Source: an uncultured Collinsella sp. (GTDB taxonomy: Bacteria > Actinomycetota > Coriobacteriia > Coriobacteriales > Coriobacteriaceae). From it: DNA of 64,000 bases. A program made the translations under genes and the position numbers. Shown here in pieces: positions 1 through 9,216 of this stretch. Within the stretch, counting starts at the first letter, position 1; each line of letters opens with the position of its first letter. The notes beneath the pieces were generated by a model that saw only the letters and a list, made by a program, of their open reading frames with translations, did no database searches and was not told the origin of the DNA. The stretch spans positions 22,171 through 86,170 of the forward strand of contig CABRDE010000060.1 in assembly GCA_902469665.1 (NCBI GenBank), given 5' to 3'.

Positions 1-1
1 G

Positions 2-451
2 AAGCAGAAGGTCAAGTTTATTTATGGCGTTCTGGAGAAGCAGTTCCACGGCTACTTCAACAAGGCCCGTAAGATGAACGGCGTCACCGGTGAGAACCTC
101 ATGATCATCCTTGAGTCTCGCCTCGACAACGTTGTCTTCCGTCTTGGCTTCGCCCGCACCCGCAAAGAGGCTCGTCAGTCCGTCCGTCACGGTCACTTCA
201 CCGTGAACGGCAAGCGCGTGGACATCCCGTCCTACCGCGTCAAGGCCGGCGACGTCGTCGCTGTCGGCGAGAAGTTCCGTGACCTCCTCCCCATCAAGGA
301 GGCCCTGATTTCCTCCGAGCGTTTTGAGGTCCCTGGCTGGCTCGAGGTCGATATCGAGAAGCTGTCTGGTAACGTGCTCGCTCTGCCGACGCGTGAGCAG
401 ATCAGCGGTGATATCAACGAGCAGCTCATCGTCGAGCTCTACTCTAAGTAG
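2..451 (+). CDS. rpsD: 30S ribosomal protein S4, C-terminal part (5' end lies upstream of the window)
   Basis: Translation from nt 2 reads KQKVKFIYGVLEKQFHGYFNKARKMNGVTGENL..., a clear match to conserved S4. It sits directly upstream of rpoA and rplQ, as in the alpha operon. Confidence 0.9.
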   Translation, partial: KQKVKFIYGVLEKQFHGYFNKARKMNGVTGENLMIILESRLDNVVFRLGFARTRKEARQSVRHGHFTVNGKRVDIPSYRVKAGDVVAVGEKFRDLLPIKEALISSERFEVPGWLEVDIEKLSGNVLALPTREQISGDINEQLIVELYSK

Positions 452-483
452 TCCATCCGGGCTGCTGAGGCTGGAGGTAATAC

Positions 484-1425
484 ATGTCAGAATTCATTAG
501 GCCTCAGGTTCAGGTCGAAGAGATCAACGAGACGTCTGCTCGTGTCTCCGTCGAGCCGCTCGAGCGTGGCTACGGCGATACGCTGGGTAACTCCCTTCGT
601 CGCGTTCTTCTGTCCTCGCTCGAGGGTGCCGCCGTCGAGGCTATTCAGATCGATGGCGCGCAGCACGAGTTCATGACCATCCCTAACATGGTCGAGGATG
701 TCACCGACATCGTCCTGAATGTCAAGGGTCTTGTCTTCAGGGCTCTCGGCACGACCGACGAGGCGACCGCCACCATCTCGGTTGACGGCCCCTGCGAGGT
801 CACCGGTGCGGACTTCTTTATTCCGTCCGAGTTTGAGCTGGTCAACCCCGAGCAGCACATCGCAACGCTCACCGAGGGTGGCCATCTCACCATGAGCATG
901 CGCATCGGCTATGGCCGCGGCTATGTTTCTGGCGAGGCCAACAAGCGCGACAACGATCCCATCGGTGTGATCCACGTCGACTCGCTGTACTCGCCGGTTT
1001 CCCGTTGCGCCAAGCTCGTTGAGGCTTGCCGTGTCGGTCAGCACACCGACTACGACCGCCTTGTCCTCGAGATCGAGACCAACGGCTCCATCGCCCCGCG
1101 CGACGCCGTGGTCCAGGCTGCCAATATCATCAACCAGCATATGGCCGCCTTTATGAACCTTGCCGAGACCCCCGAGGTCGAGGAGGAGGCTTCGATCTTC
1201 GCTCCCGAGGTCACCAACGACAACGCCGAGCTGGACAAGCAGATCGAGGATCTGGACCTTTCCGTCCGTTCCTACAACTGCCTTAAGCGCGCCAGCATTC
1301 ACTCGGTCCGTCAGCTCGTTGAGTTCTCGGAGAACGATCTGCTCAACATCCGTAACTTCGGTGTTAAGTCGATCGAGGAAGTGAAGGACAAGCTTGAGTC
1401 CATGGGCCTGAGCCTGAAGGCTTAA
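484..1425 (+). CDS. rpoA: DNA-directed RNA polymerase alpha subunit
   Basis: 313 aa with typical RpoA N- and C-terminal domains. A GGAGG RBS precedes the ATG. Position between S4 and L17 matches the alpha operon. Confidence 0.95.
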   Translation: MSEFIRPQVQVEEINETSARVSVEPLERGYGDTLGNSLRRVLLSSLEGAAVEAIQIDGAQHEFMTIPNMVEDVTDIVLNVKGLVFRALGTTDEATATISVDGPCEVTGADFFIPSEFELVNPEQHIATLTEGGHLTMSMRIGYGRGYVSGEANKRDNDPIGVIHVDSLYSPVSRCAKLVEACRVGQHTDYDRLVLEIETNGSIAPRDAVVQAANIINQHMAAFMNLAETPEVEEEASIFAPEVTNDNAELDKQIEDLDLSVRSYNCLKRASIHSVRQLVEFSENDLLNIRNFGVKSIEEVKDKLESMGLSLKA

Positions 1426-1455
1426 TGCTTCGCATATTTGAGGAGAAACTAGACC

Positions 1456-1923
1456 ATGCGTCACAACGTTAAGAAGGGCCTGAAGCTCGGCACCGATGCG
1501 AGCCACACCAAGGCCATGAAGAAGAGCCTTGCTAAGGCCCTCTTCGAGAACGACCGCATCAAGACCACCGAGACCCGCGCTAAGGCGCTGCGTTCGGTCG
1601 TCGATCCGATCATCACCTGGGCCAAGAAGGGCGACCTGCACTCTCGTCGTCTGGCTATCGCCAAGCTCGGTGATAAGCAGCTCGTTGCCGAGATCTTCGA
1701 CAAGGCTGCTCAGGGTATGTGGCAGGACCGCAACGGCGGTTACACCCGCATCATGAAGCTCGGCAACCGCAAGGGCGACAACGCTCCCATCGTTATCATG
1801 GAGCTCGTCACCGAGCCTTGCACGCCTAAGGCCAAGAAGGCTGCTCCGGCCCCCAAGAAGGCCGCTGCTCCCAAGAAGGTCGAGGCTGTCGAGGAGACTG
1901 CTGCCGAGGAGACCGCTGAGTAG
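1456..1923 (+). CDS. rplQ: 50S ribosomal protein L17, carrying a Lys/Ala/Pro-rich C-terminal tail
   Basis: N-terminal MRHNVKKGLKLG...TRIMKLGNRKGDNAPI is L17-like. A roughly 35 aa KAKKAAPAPKKAAAPKK tail follows. A GAGGAG RBS is present. Confidence 0.93.
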   Translation: MRHNVKKGLKLGTDASHTKAMKKSLAKALFENDRIKTTETRAKALRSVVDPIITWAKKGDLHSRRLAIAKLGDKQLVAEIFDKAAQGMWQDRNGGYTRIMKLGNRKGDNAPIVIMELVTEPCTPKAKKAAPAPKKAAAPKKVEAVEETAAEETAE

Positions 1924-1949
1924 ACATTCCGTCTGCATAGGCTATATTC

Positions 1950-1981
1950 GAGGGGTACGTTCGCGTACCCCTCTTTTTTTG
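1950..1981 (+). terminator. Intrinsic terminator after rplQ
   Basis: Hairpin GAGGGGTACG-ttcg-CGTACCCCTC followed by T7. Confidence 0.8.
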
Positions 1982-2015
1982 TCGCGATACCGTTGCTTGT
2001 TTGTTGGGAGCGCCC

Positions 2016-2840
2016 ATGACTGCGCCGTCTGATTTCAATTCGATTTCCGAGCTTGACGCCACGCTCGTATTTCGCGTGGCCTATGATGGCTCGTCGTATA
2101 GCGGATTTGCCGAGCAGCCGGGACAGACGACGGTTGCGGGTGAGCTACGTCGAGCCATCGAGACGCTGCTTCGCCGCCCGATCGATCTGACGTGCGCGGG
2201 TCGTACCGATGCCGGCGTACATGCCGTGGCTCAGTACATCAGCGTGCCCGTAACGGACGCTGAGCTCGCCTTGACGCGCCGTAGGTGGCTGCGGGCTATG
2301 GATGCCCTGCTGCCCAAAGATATCGCCATAAACGAGGTCTACAGGGCCCGTAAAGGCTTTTCTGCACGCTTTGATGCGCGTTCACGTACATATACGTACC
2401 GTATTGCCGATCGCGACGCGCGTCCCGTGCTCTCACGGGGTGCCGTGTGGTGGCATCGCTATCCCTTGGACGTCGAGGCCATGTCTGCGGCCTGTCCCGC
2501 GCTTTTGGGTGAGCAGGACTTTAAGAGCTTTTGCAAGGTTGCCTCGGCCGTTGGCAAGCCCACGCATCGCTGCGTGATGCGTGCCGAGTTTGGCCATGAG
2601 GTTGCGTTTGGCGAGGACATCCTGACGTTTACCATCGAGGGCAATGCGTTTCTGCATTCGATGGTCCGCACGATCGTGGGCACGCTTGTCGAGATTGGCA
2701 TGCATCGCCGTGAACCCGAGTGGATGCGCGAGGTCATCGATGCTTGCGACCGTATCGCTGCGGGCCCCACGGCTCCTGCCTGCGGCCTTACGTTTATGGG
2801 CGTGGATTACGATCCCGCCGAGCTTGTCGTGCTCGACTAG
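2016..2840 (+). CDS. truA: tRNA pseudouridine(38-40) synthase
   Basis: Has the GRTDAGVHA catalytic motif and overall TruA architecture. Start chosen at an ATG with an upstream GGGAG. Confidence 0.9.
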   Translation: MTAPSDFNSISELDATLVFRVAYDGSSYSGFAEQPGQTTVAGELRRAIETLLRRPIDLTCAGRTDAGVHAVAQYISVPVTDAELALTRRRWLRAMDALLPKDIAINEVYRARKGFSARFDARSRTYTYRIADRDARPVLSRGAVWWHRYPLDVEAMSAACPALLGEQDFKSFCKVASAVGKPTHRCVMRAEFGHEVAFGEDILTFTIEGNAFLHSMVRTIVGTLVEIGMHRREPEWMREVIDACDRIAAGPTAPACGLTFMGVDYDPAELVVLD

Positions 2841-3001
2841 GGGAGGGCTTGACGCGTCGTGCGTTGGCACCTGTCATCTGTGGGCTGCGCGTGTGCAACA
2901 TCTGTTCTTGGCGTGCAATACAACCGGTGTCTCATTGCTTTTATAGCCCGGGTGTACCATGAACGACGGTTTGATTTGGCGCTGTCGAGAGGACGGAAAA
3001 C

Positions 3002-4042
3002 TTGGTTCGACGTGGTTCGCATCCGCGACTTTCGGTGATCCTTATTGTTGAGGGTTCGCCCAGCTATGCGATGCGCGCGCTCGAGAGCGTCCAGAACCAA
3101 GACCTCTACGATTTGCAGATTGTCGTTGTCTGCCGCGATGCTGCGCCCGGTGTGCGCCATTCGCTTCAAGTTGCTGCCGACAGGGACATCCATATTGATT
3201 TGATTGACGTCGAGGACGCGAAGCGCGGTGCTTGTCTTCGTGCCGGTTTTGCTGCCTCGCGCGGCTCTCAAATCATCGCTATGAACGCCGATGAGTGGTT
3301 TGCTCCGCAGTCCCTTTCCAAGATGGTCGATATCGCGTGCGATACTACGGCAGACATAGTGCTCCCCACGGTGTCGCTCGACCGCTATGATGCACATCGA
3401 GAGCGCCATTCGCGCGTCTTGGATGCTGCTCATATTTCCATTGATAGCAAATCTTCGATGGTGGCCGGGCTGCCTCAGTTGATTTTAGGCGGCCTAGTCG
3501 TTCAGACCTCTGGCGTGATGTACACCCGCTCGCTGTTTGAGGCATGCCTTTTGTGCGACAAGGTGTTTCGCACAGTTGGGTTTATGGCATGCGCGCTTTC
3601 GCAGACACGATGCGTGTCCGGCTGCGGCGATGCTTGTTTCCACGCGGCGGCACCTAAGCTTACAGATGCCTTTGATCCCACCATGTATGCCAAGGTATCC
3701 GATGACACCCGAGCGCTCGACGAGCTTGCGGACTCACTCTCGGAAGCAGATAGCGGTGGTCGGCTCAAGCTGGCAAGCCAAAAGTTCTACTTTGCCGGTC
3801 TGGTCGCCTGCATCGAGAATTTGTGTCTGAGCCCGCATGGGGTGTCGTCAATCGAGCGTTCCGCCCGCATGCGTGATATGCTCGATGCGCCTCGAACCCG
3901 TCAGATGGTCGCCGCGCTCAAGGATAACCATCGGGGGCTCGGTCTGTTGTTTGGGCCGATCGCCAGCGCCAAGCCCGCGCGCTGCGTGATGTGTACGCAT
4001 CTGGCAGCTTTTCTTAACCGGACGGGCGCAAAAACCGCCTAA
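3002..4042 (+). CDS. Probable family 2 glycosyltransferase
   Basis: N-terminus LSVILIVEGSPSYAMRALESVQNQ resembles the GT-A fold of GT2 enzymes. A TTG start with an upstream GAGGACGG is assumed. Function is uncertain. Confidence 0.45.
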   Translation: MVRRGSHPRLSVILIVEGSPSYAMRALESVQNQDLYDLQIVVVCRDAAPGVRHSLQVAADRDIHIDLIDVEDAKRGACLRAGFAASRGSQIIAMNADEWFAPQSLSKMVDIACDTTADIVLPTVSLDRYDAHRERHSRVLDAAHISIDSKSSMVAGLPQLILGGLVVQTSGVMYTRSLFEACLLCDKVFRTVGFMACALSQTRCVSGCGDACFHAAAPKLTDAFDPTMYAKVSDDTRALDELADSLSEADSGGRLKLASQKFYFAGLVACIENLCLSPHGVSSIERSARMRDMLDAPRTRQMVAALKDNHRGLGLLFGPIASAKPARCVMCTHLAAFLNRTGAKTA

Positions 4043-4174
4043 ACGGCTCATTTCGAAACAAACTTGCATAGAATTGTTTCGAAATGCGTTCTTATACACA
4101 AAAGCCTTCAAATAGCGTTAAACTATTCAATCACTGATTGATTGTCTCCGCCATCTTTTGGAGAGAGGGTTTGT

Positions 4175-4612
4175 ATGGCTAAAAAACGCAATGGGCGCCA
4201 GGATGCCATTAGAGATATTGTGCGCAATAAGGACGTCCGCACGCAGCGCGTGCTGGTCGATGAGCTCCGCGCTATGGGCTTTGATTGCACGCAGGCGACA
4301 GTCTCTCGCGATATTGCCGATATGGGGCTGCGTAAGCTCCCTGAGGGCATCTATGTTCTGGCAGAGGACCTGCACCTGCAGCGTATGGTTTCCGAGCTCG
4401 TAACGGGCGTTCTGCGCACCGATAATCTGGTTATGATCAAGGCTCAGCCTGGCACGGCTTCCGGCATCGCCGCCGCCGTTGATGCGGCAGAGCTGCCCGA
4501 TGTGCTTGGCTCGCTTGCCGGCAACGATACGATTTTGGTTATTGCCCAGACGGCCGAGGACGGCGAGCGTCTCGAGGCGCTGATCAATAAGCTGAGCAAT
4601 TCTCGCAAGTAG
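4175..4612 (+). CDS. argR: Arginine repressor
   Basis: N-terminal winged HTH (IRDIVRNKDVRTQRVLVDELRAMGFDCTQATVSRDI) and a C-terminal oligomerisation domain of ArgR. RBS GGAGAGAGG is present. Confidence 0.85.
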   Translation: MAKKRNGRQDAIRDIVRNKDVRTQRVLVDELRAMGFDCTQATVSRDIADMGLRKLPEGIYVLAEDLHLQRMVSELVTGVLRTDNLVMIKAQPGTASGIAAAVDAAELPDVLGSLAGNDTILVIAQTAEDGERLEALINKLSNSRK

Positions 4613-4740
4613 GCGTGCGGGTCGTGCGCTCGGCACTGTGCGCGTGACATGGTGGCTTGTAAGGGGTATCGACGTTGGTCGGTACCCCCCTTTTTGTTTA
4701 CCGGTATAAAGACCGTCCACCAGGTCACTTTAAATTAAAA

Positions 4741-4775
4741 GGCCCCCGAGCACTTTAATAAGCTGCTCGGGGGCC
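4741..4775. terminator. Bidirectional terminator between the convergent argR and PBP genes
   Basis: Stem GGCCCCCGAGC / GCTCGGGGGCC, with an A-run on one side and T-rich sequence on the other. Confidence 0.7.
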
Positions 4776-4800
4776 TTGTTACTAATGGCCGGATGAATTT

Positions 4801-6999
4801 CTAGCCGACCGTATCGTCAGGCGTGGGCGAGGGGTCGGGAGTGGGCGTAGGCGTGGGCGTAGGCGTGCCGCCATCGCCGCCGGTCGAACCACCAGTGGAG
4901 CCGCCCGTCGAGCCACCGGTCGTTCCGGTGCCGCCGGTGGTGTCGCCGCCCGTGGTCTCGGTCGTCGTGGTCGTCGTGGTAGTCGTTGTGGTGGTTTCCT
5001 CTTCGTCCTCGTTCTCGTCCTTGTCGTCGTTCTCCGTCTTCTTGGTGTTGTTGGTGCCGTAGAACTTCCAGACACTGTTGTTCTTGTAGGTGGGCGCCGT
5101 TCCGGTCGCAAACTCCTCGCGCTCGGTACCGGTCAGAACGGTGTTCATAAACCGCTTAAAGACAGGCAGGTTGGTGCTGTCGCCCAGCAGGTCCGTGCCG
5201 TATTTTTGGATGGGGATCTCACCTGCGGAATAGCCGGTCCACAGGGCGCACGCCAGCTGCGGGGTATAGCCGCAGAACCACAGGTTAGTGGTGTTGTCGG
5301 TGGTGCCCGTTTTGCCGGCATAGGGCTGGTTGACGCTCAGGGCGCCAGCAGCACCCGTACCGCCGCCCTGCATGACGCCGGACAGAACATCGGTGACCGC
5401 GGCGGCCTCGCCCTCGGTAAGTACCTGTGAGGGATTGTCGGTGTGCTGGTACAGCACCGAACCGGTACGAGAGTCAATCTCGGTGATGGCGATCGGCTGG
5501 CGATAGTAGCCGCCGTTGGCAAACGTCGCGTAGGCGGCGGCCATCTCGAGCGGCGAGATCGAGCCGGTGCCGAGGGTCATGACGGGAACGTCCTCGATGT
5601 TGTCTTTGGCGGGATCGATGCCGAGCTTTTTGACGAGCGAGATGATCTTGCTGTTGCCGACGGCTTCCGCCACCTGGATGTAACCGGTGTTGGAGGAGTA
5701 TGCCGTCGCCTGCTTAAGCGTGATGTTGCCATAGCTATGGTTGGCGTAGTTTTGGACCTCGGTCGTGGTGCCCTTGGCCTTGAGCGGCGAGTTGCAGTTG
5801 AGGGTGACGTTGGGGTTCATGCCGTTTTGGATGGCAGTTGCCAGCGTAAAGGCCTTAAAGGTGGAGCCGACGGGACGCTTGGCCGTGGCATGGTTTACGT
5901 GGTTCTCGTCGGCGTTGTAGTCGTAGCCGCCCACCATGCACTTGATGTAGCCGGTCTTGGGATCGACGACGACCATGCCCATGTCCAGGCCGTCGAGCGA
6001 GAGCGTGTCGAGCTGCTCGCGAACGGCATTCTCTGCCACCTGCTGCATCGTGGGGTCGATGGTGGTCTTGACGGTCAGGCCGCCCTTAAAGAGCACGTCG
6101 GTCGAGAACTCCTGCTCCAGCAGCTGCTTAACATAGGCGACAAAGTAGGGCTGCGAGTATACGTCGACGCCGCTGCCCGAGATTTCGGTCACGTTGAGGG
6201 TGATGGGCTCGGCCTGTGCGGCATCGTGCTCCTCCTGCGTAATGTGGCCCAGACGCAACATGTTGTCGAGGACCTTGTTGCGACGGGACAGCGCAAGGTC
6301 GGGGTTGACCGTGGGGTCGTACTGCGAGGGCGAGTTGGGAAGGCCGATGAGCAGCGCGGCCTCGCTCAGGGTGAGGTCGGCGGCGCTCTTGGACAGATAG
6401 GTCTCGGCTGCGGCCTCGATGCCGTAGGCGCCGTGGCCGTAATAGATGGTGTTGAGGTACATCATGAGGATCTCGTCTTTGGAGTACATGTCCTCCATCT
6501 TGACGGCGATGTAGGCCTCGCGCACCTTACGCTCGATGGTCGAGTCGAACTGCTCCTCCTGCAGGATGGTGTTGCGCACCAGCTGCTGGGTGATAGTCGA
6601 GGCGCCTTCGTGCCCGCCGCCGAGGGTTGCCACCGCAGCACGCGCGATACCCCACAGGTCGATACCGCCGTGCTCATAGAAGCGCTCGTCCTCGACGTCA
6701 ACGGTGCCCTGCAGCACGTAGGGGGAGACCTCGTCCTTGGTGATGGACTTGCGGTTTTGCGTGTAGAAGCTTGCGATCTTGTTGCCGTTGCAGTCGACGA
6801 TCTCGGTGGGCTCGCTCACCAGATACGCGTTGGCGTCGGTGTAGTCGGGCAGATCGGACAGCCAGCGGTTGACGTTGCCGGCCATGCCGATGCCAAATGC
6901 CACGCCCGCAATCAGCAGAAAGCCCAAAAACGAGAGCAGGATTATGGGCAGGGCATGCGTCTTTGAACGGCTGCGTCCCTGTCGTTGGCGAGGACCCAT
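4801..6999 (-). CDS. Class A penicillin-binding protein (transglycosylase plus transpeptidase) with a low-complexity Thr/Gly/Pro C-terminal tail
   Basis: Has the N-terminal TM segment, GT51 motifs (EDERFYEHGG, RKVRE) and transpeptidase SxxK/SxN/KTG motifs. Start taken at ATG 6999, which has a GGAGG RBS. The longer track ORF to 7122 lacks an RBS. The C-terminus is TTTTTTTTTTTT...(GGST)n...(TP)5. Confidence 0.9.
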   Translation of the reverse strand: MGPRQRQGRSRSKTHALPIILLSFLGFLLIAGVAFGIGMAGNVNRWLSDLPDYTDANAYLVSEPTEIVDCNGNKIASFYTQNRKSITKDEVSPYVLQGTVDVEDERFYEHGGIDLWGIARAAVATLGGGHEGASTITQQLVRNTILQEEQFDSTIERKVREAYIAVKMEDMYSKDEILMMYLNTIYYGHGAYGIEAAAETYLSKSAADLTLSEAALLIGLPNSPSQYDPTVNPDLALSRRNKVLDNMLRLGHITQEEHDAAQAEPITLNVTEISGSGVDVYSQPYFVAYVKQLLEQEFSTDVLFKGGLTVKTTIDPTMQQVAENAVREQLDTLSLDGLDMGMVVVDPKTGYIKCMVGGYDYNADENHVNHATAKRPVGSTFKAFTLATAIQNGMNPNVTLNCNSPLKAKGTTTEVQNYANHSYGNITLKQATAYSSNTGYIQVAEAVGNSKIISLVKKLGIDPAKDNIEDVPVMTLGTGSISPLEMAAAYATFANGGYYRQPIAITEIDSRTGSVLYQHTDNPSQVLTEGEAAAVTDVLSGVMQGGGTGAAGALSVNQPYAGKTGTTDNTTNLWFCGYTPQLACALWTGYSAGEIPIQKYGTDLLGDSTNLPVFKRFMNTVLTGTEREEFATGTAPTYKNNSVWKFYGTNNTKKTENDDKDENEDEEETTTTTTTTTTTTETTGGDTTGGTGTTGGSTGGSTGGSTGGDGGTPTPTPTPTPDPSPTPDDTVG

Positions 7000-7161
7000 A
7001 TATTGACCTCCAGGTATGTCGTGCCGGACGGTGGATGTGCCGTCGGGGCAGGATGGACATAAGTTATTACACGATAAACCAAACGGGGCGCGCGAGGCCT
7101 CGTGTATGCTGGAAGACGGCATTTTTCAGAGTGAATGCATACCTTGGTAAGGAGTTTGTCG

Positions 7162-9120
7162 ATGGCGATTCGGGCGATGGGGCCGAGCGGACAATACGAG
7201 ACTGGATTGGATGCTGCCGGTGCGGCGCTGCCCGAACTGCTGGCGCCGTCGGGCGGACTCGACCAGATGCTTGCGGCCATCGCCGCGGGTGCCGATGCCA
7301 TCTATGCGGGGTTGGGCGGCTTTAACGCCCGCGTGAGCGCGCATGGCTTTACGGATGACGAGTTTGCGCGTGGCTGCGCCGTGGCGCATGCCCATGGCGT
7401 GCGTGTGTACGTAACGCTCAACGTGTTCGTGTTTGACGATGAGTTGTCCGACGCGGTGGCGTTGGGAGCTCATGCACTGGAGCTGGGCGCCGATGCTCTG
7501 ATTGTCGCCGATGCCGGGCTGGCTTGTGTACTGCGCACGGCGATTCCCGGGATCGAGATTCACCTGTCCACGCAGGCGGGCGCTCATAGCGAAGGCGCCG
7601 TGCGGCTTGCCGCCGATGAGCTGGGGGTCGAGCGCGTGACGACGGCACGCGAGCTGACGGTCGACGAGATTGCGGCGCTATGTGCCACGGGTGTGCCCAT
7701 CGAGGTATTCTGCCACGGTGCGATTTGCATCGGCTATTCGGGGGCGTGCGAGTTCTCTGCCCTTCGACGTGGCCGCTCTGCGATGCGCGGTGATTGCACG
7801 CAGCCGTGCCGTCTATCCTATGACTTGGTGGACGAGGCTGGGCAGAGTGTTGCCGCCGTCGAGGGAGATCGCCTGCTGTGTCCGCGCGACTATCTGGGTA
7901 TTGCGCATCTGCCCGAGCTTGTAGATGCCGGCGTGGCGTCGCTCAAGATCGAGGGGCGCATGAAGAACCCCGATTACGTATTCAACGTGGTGCGGGTGTG
8001 GCGCCGGGCACTCGATATGCTGTGCGACGGCGCGTGGGACCCCGATGCCGTGGAAGAGCTTGAGCGCGAGCTGGGAAGGTCGTTTAACCGCGGGTTTACC
8101 GACGCGTATTTGCGAGGCCGCTCGGGTGCGGAGCTTATGAGTTTTGAACGCGCGATCAACCAGGGCGTGCGTGTGGGGCGCTTGGTCGCTGTGGGCCACG
8201 AAGAGGTGACCGTTGAGCTCGACGCCGCCGTGGCGGCGGGCGATACGCTCGAGATCAGGTTTTACCCGGGCGCCGACGCTCGGCCCGATGTACCTAAACG
8301 CTGGCCGCAAGTTCCCTGCCCGGTGGATGCCGCGGCGGGGGAGCGCATCGTTGTCCATTGCAAGCGTAAGGTCGACGCGGGCTGCGAGGTATACCTGATT
8401 CGCAGCGCCGGCGTGTTGGATCAGACGGCGGCGGTGTTGGAGCGCATGCGGGCCGAGGCGGATGCGATTGCGCCCGTTGCGCGTGCCGTCGAGGTACTGC
8501 TCTTTGAGGGCGTTGCGGTGGATGGCGGTGCATCGACGGAGTTGGTGGAGTGCGCGGTTCCCACTCGCATGGTTTTTGCTTGGCAGCTGATGGATGCCGA
8601 CCCGCGCGGGGAACTCGATTTGTCCGACGCCGTCGTGGTGCTTGACGAGGTGTGCCGCGCGAGTGACGCTGACTGGACCCGCTCACTGATACAGCGTGCC
8701 GGGCGCGTCGTCTGCCGCAACCTGGGACAGGTGGCGATAGCTCGCGAACTGCGCGTCGCGTTTGACGTGGCGGCGCCGGTGTTCTGCGCGAACCGGGCAA
8801 CGCTCGCCTGGTTGCGAGGACTCGGTGCGGGGCGGGTGTACTTGCCGGCCGAGTTGCTCAGCAATGATGCGGAGCGTATTGCCGAACTGGCTGCTGAACC
8901 CGGCGTCTTGGGTCCGGTCGACGCCGACCGTCCCGAGCTTATGGTGTGCGAGCACTGCCTGCTGACCGCCGAGGGCGTCTGCGCCACCGATGCGACGGGA
9001 CAGGTCCGTTGCCGCGACTGCTTGCGTCGTCGGCAGGCACGCTATCTGGTCGAGCGTGACGGTACACGTCTGCCAGTTGCCATTGACGCATGCGGCAGGA
9101 CGAGGATTTTCCTGTCGTAG
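7162..9120 (+). CDS. Peptidase U32 family protein (collagenase-like, YhbU/RlhA family) with a long C-terminal extension
   Basis: N-terminal region is U32-like (DAIYAGLGGFNARVSAH...YVTLNVFVFDDEL...IEGRMKNPDY). AGGAG RBS lies 6 nt before ATG 7162. Confidence 0.8.
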   Translation: MAIRAMGPSGQYETGLDAAGAALPELLAPSGGLDQMLAAIAAGADAIYAGLGGFNARVSAHGFTDDEFARGCAVAHAHGVRVYVTLNVFVFDDELSDAVALGAHALELGADALIVADAGLACVLRTAIPGIEIHLSTQAGAHSEGAVRLAADELGVERVTTARELTVDEIAALCATGVPIEVFCHGAICIGYSGACEFSALRRGRSAMRGDCTQPCRLSYDLVDEAGQSVAAVEGDRLLCPRDYLGIAHLPELVDAGVASLKIEGRMKNPDYVFNVVRVWRRALDMLCDGAWDPDAVEELERELGRSFNRGFTDAYLRGRSGAELMSFERAINQGVRVGRLVAVGHEEVTVELDAAVAAGDTLEIRFYPGADARPDVPKRWPQVPCPVDAAAGERIVVHCKRKVDAGCEVYLIRSAGVLDQTAAVLERMRAEADAIAPVARAVEVLLFEGVAVDGGASTELVECAVPTRMVFAWQLMDADPRGELDLSDAVVVLDEVCRASDADWTRSLIQRAGRVVCRNLGQVAIARELRVAFDVAAPVFCANRATLAWLRGLGAGRVYLPAELLSNDAERIAELAAEPGVLGPVDADRPELMVCEHCLLTAEGVCATDATGQVRCRDCLRRRQARYLVERDGTRLPVAIDACGRTRIFLS

Positions 9121-9216
9121 GTGCCGCGTCGCGTCAGTTTGTTATCATAAGAGAGTTTATGGACTTCCAGCACCGCCGTTTTCGGCGAGGGTGCTATAGC
9201 AAAAGGAGGATACCCA

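Noticed and set aside
487-1938. Long antisense or alternative-frame ORFs in the six-frame track. Examples are 487-1938 minus (483 aa), 5443-6966 plus (507 aa), 24799-27579 minus (926 aa), 48483-50621 minus (712 aa), 51783-53399 minus, 52955-54718 minus, 60343-61971 plus and 39814-41478 minus.
   Set aside because: Each lies opposite or out of frame to a strongly conserved gene (rpoA/rplQ, PBP1A, secA, gltB/gltD, copA, murP). High GC suppresses stop codons in non-coding frames. Their products are low-complexity Arg/Ala/Gly-rich strings with no RBS.
9121-9216. T-box leader upstream of tyrS.
   Set aside because: Only about 95 nt separate the upstream gene from the tyrS start, too short for a T-box riboswitch. 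No specifier or T-box sequence was seen.
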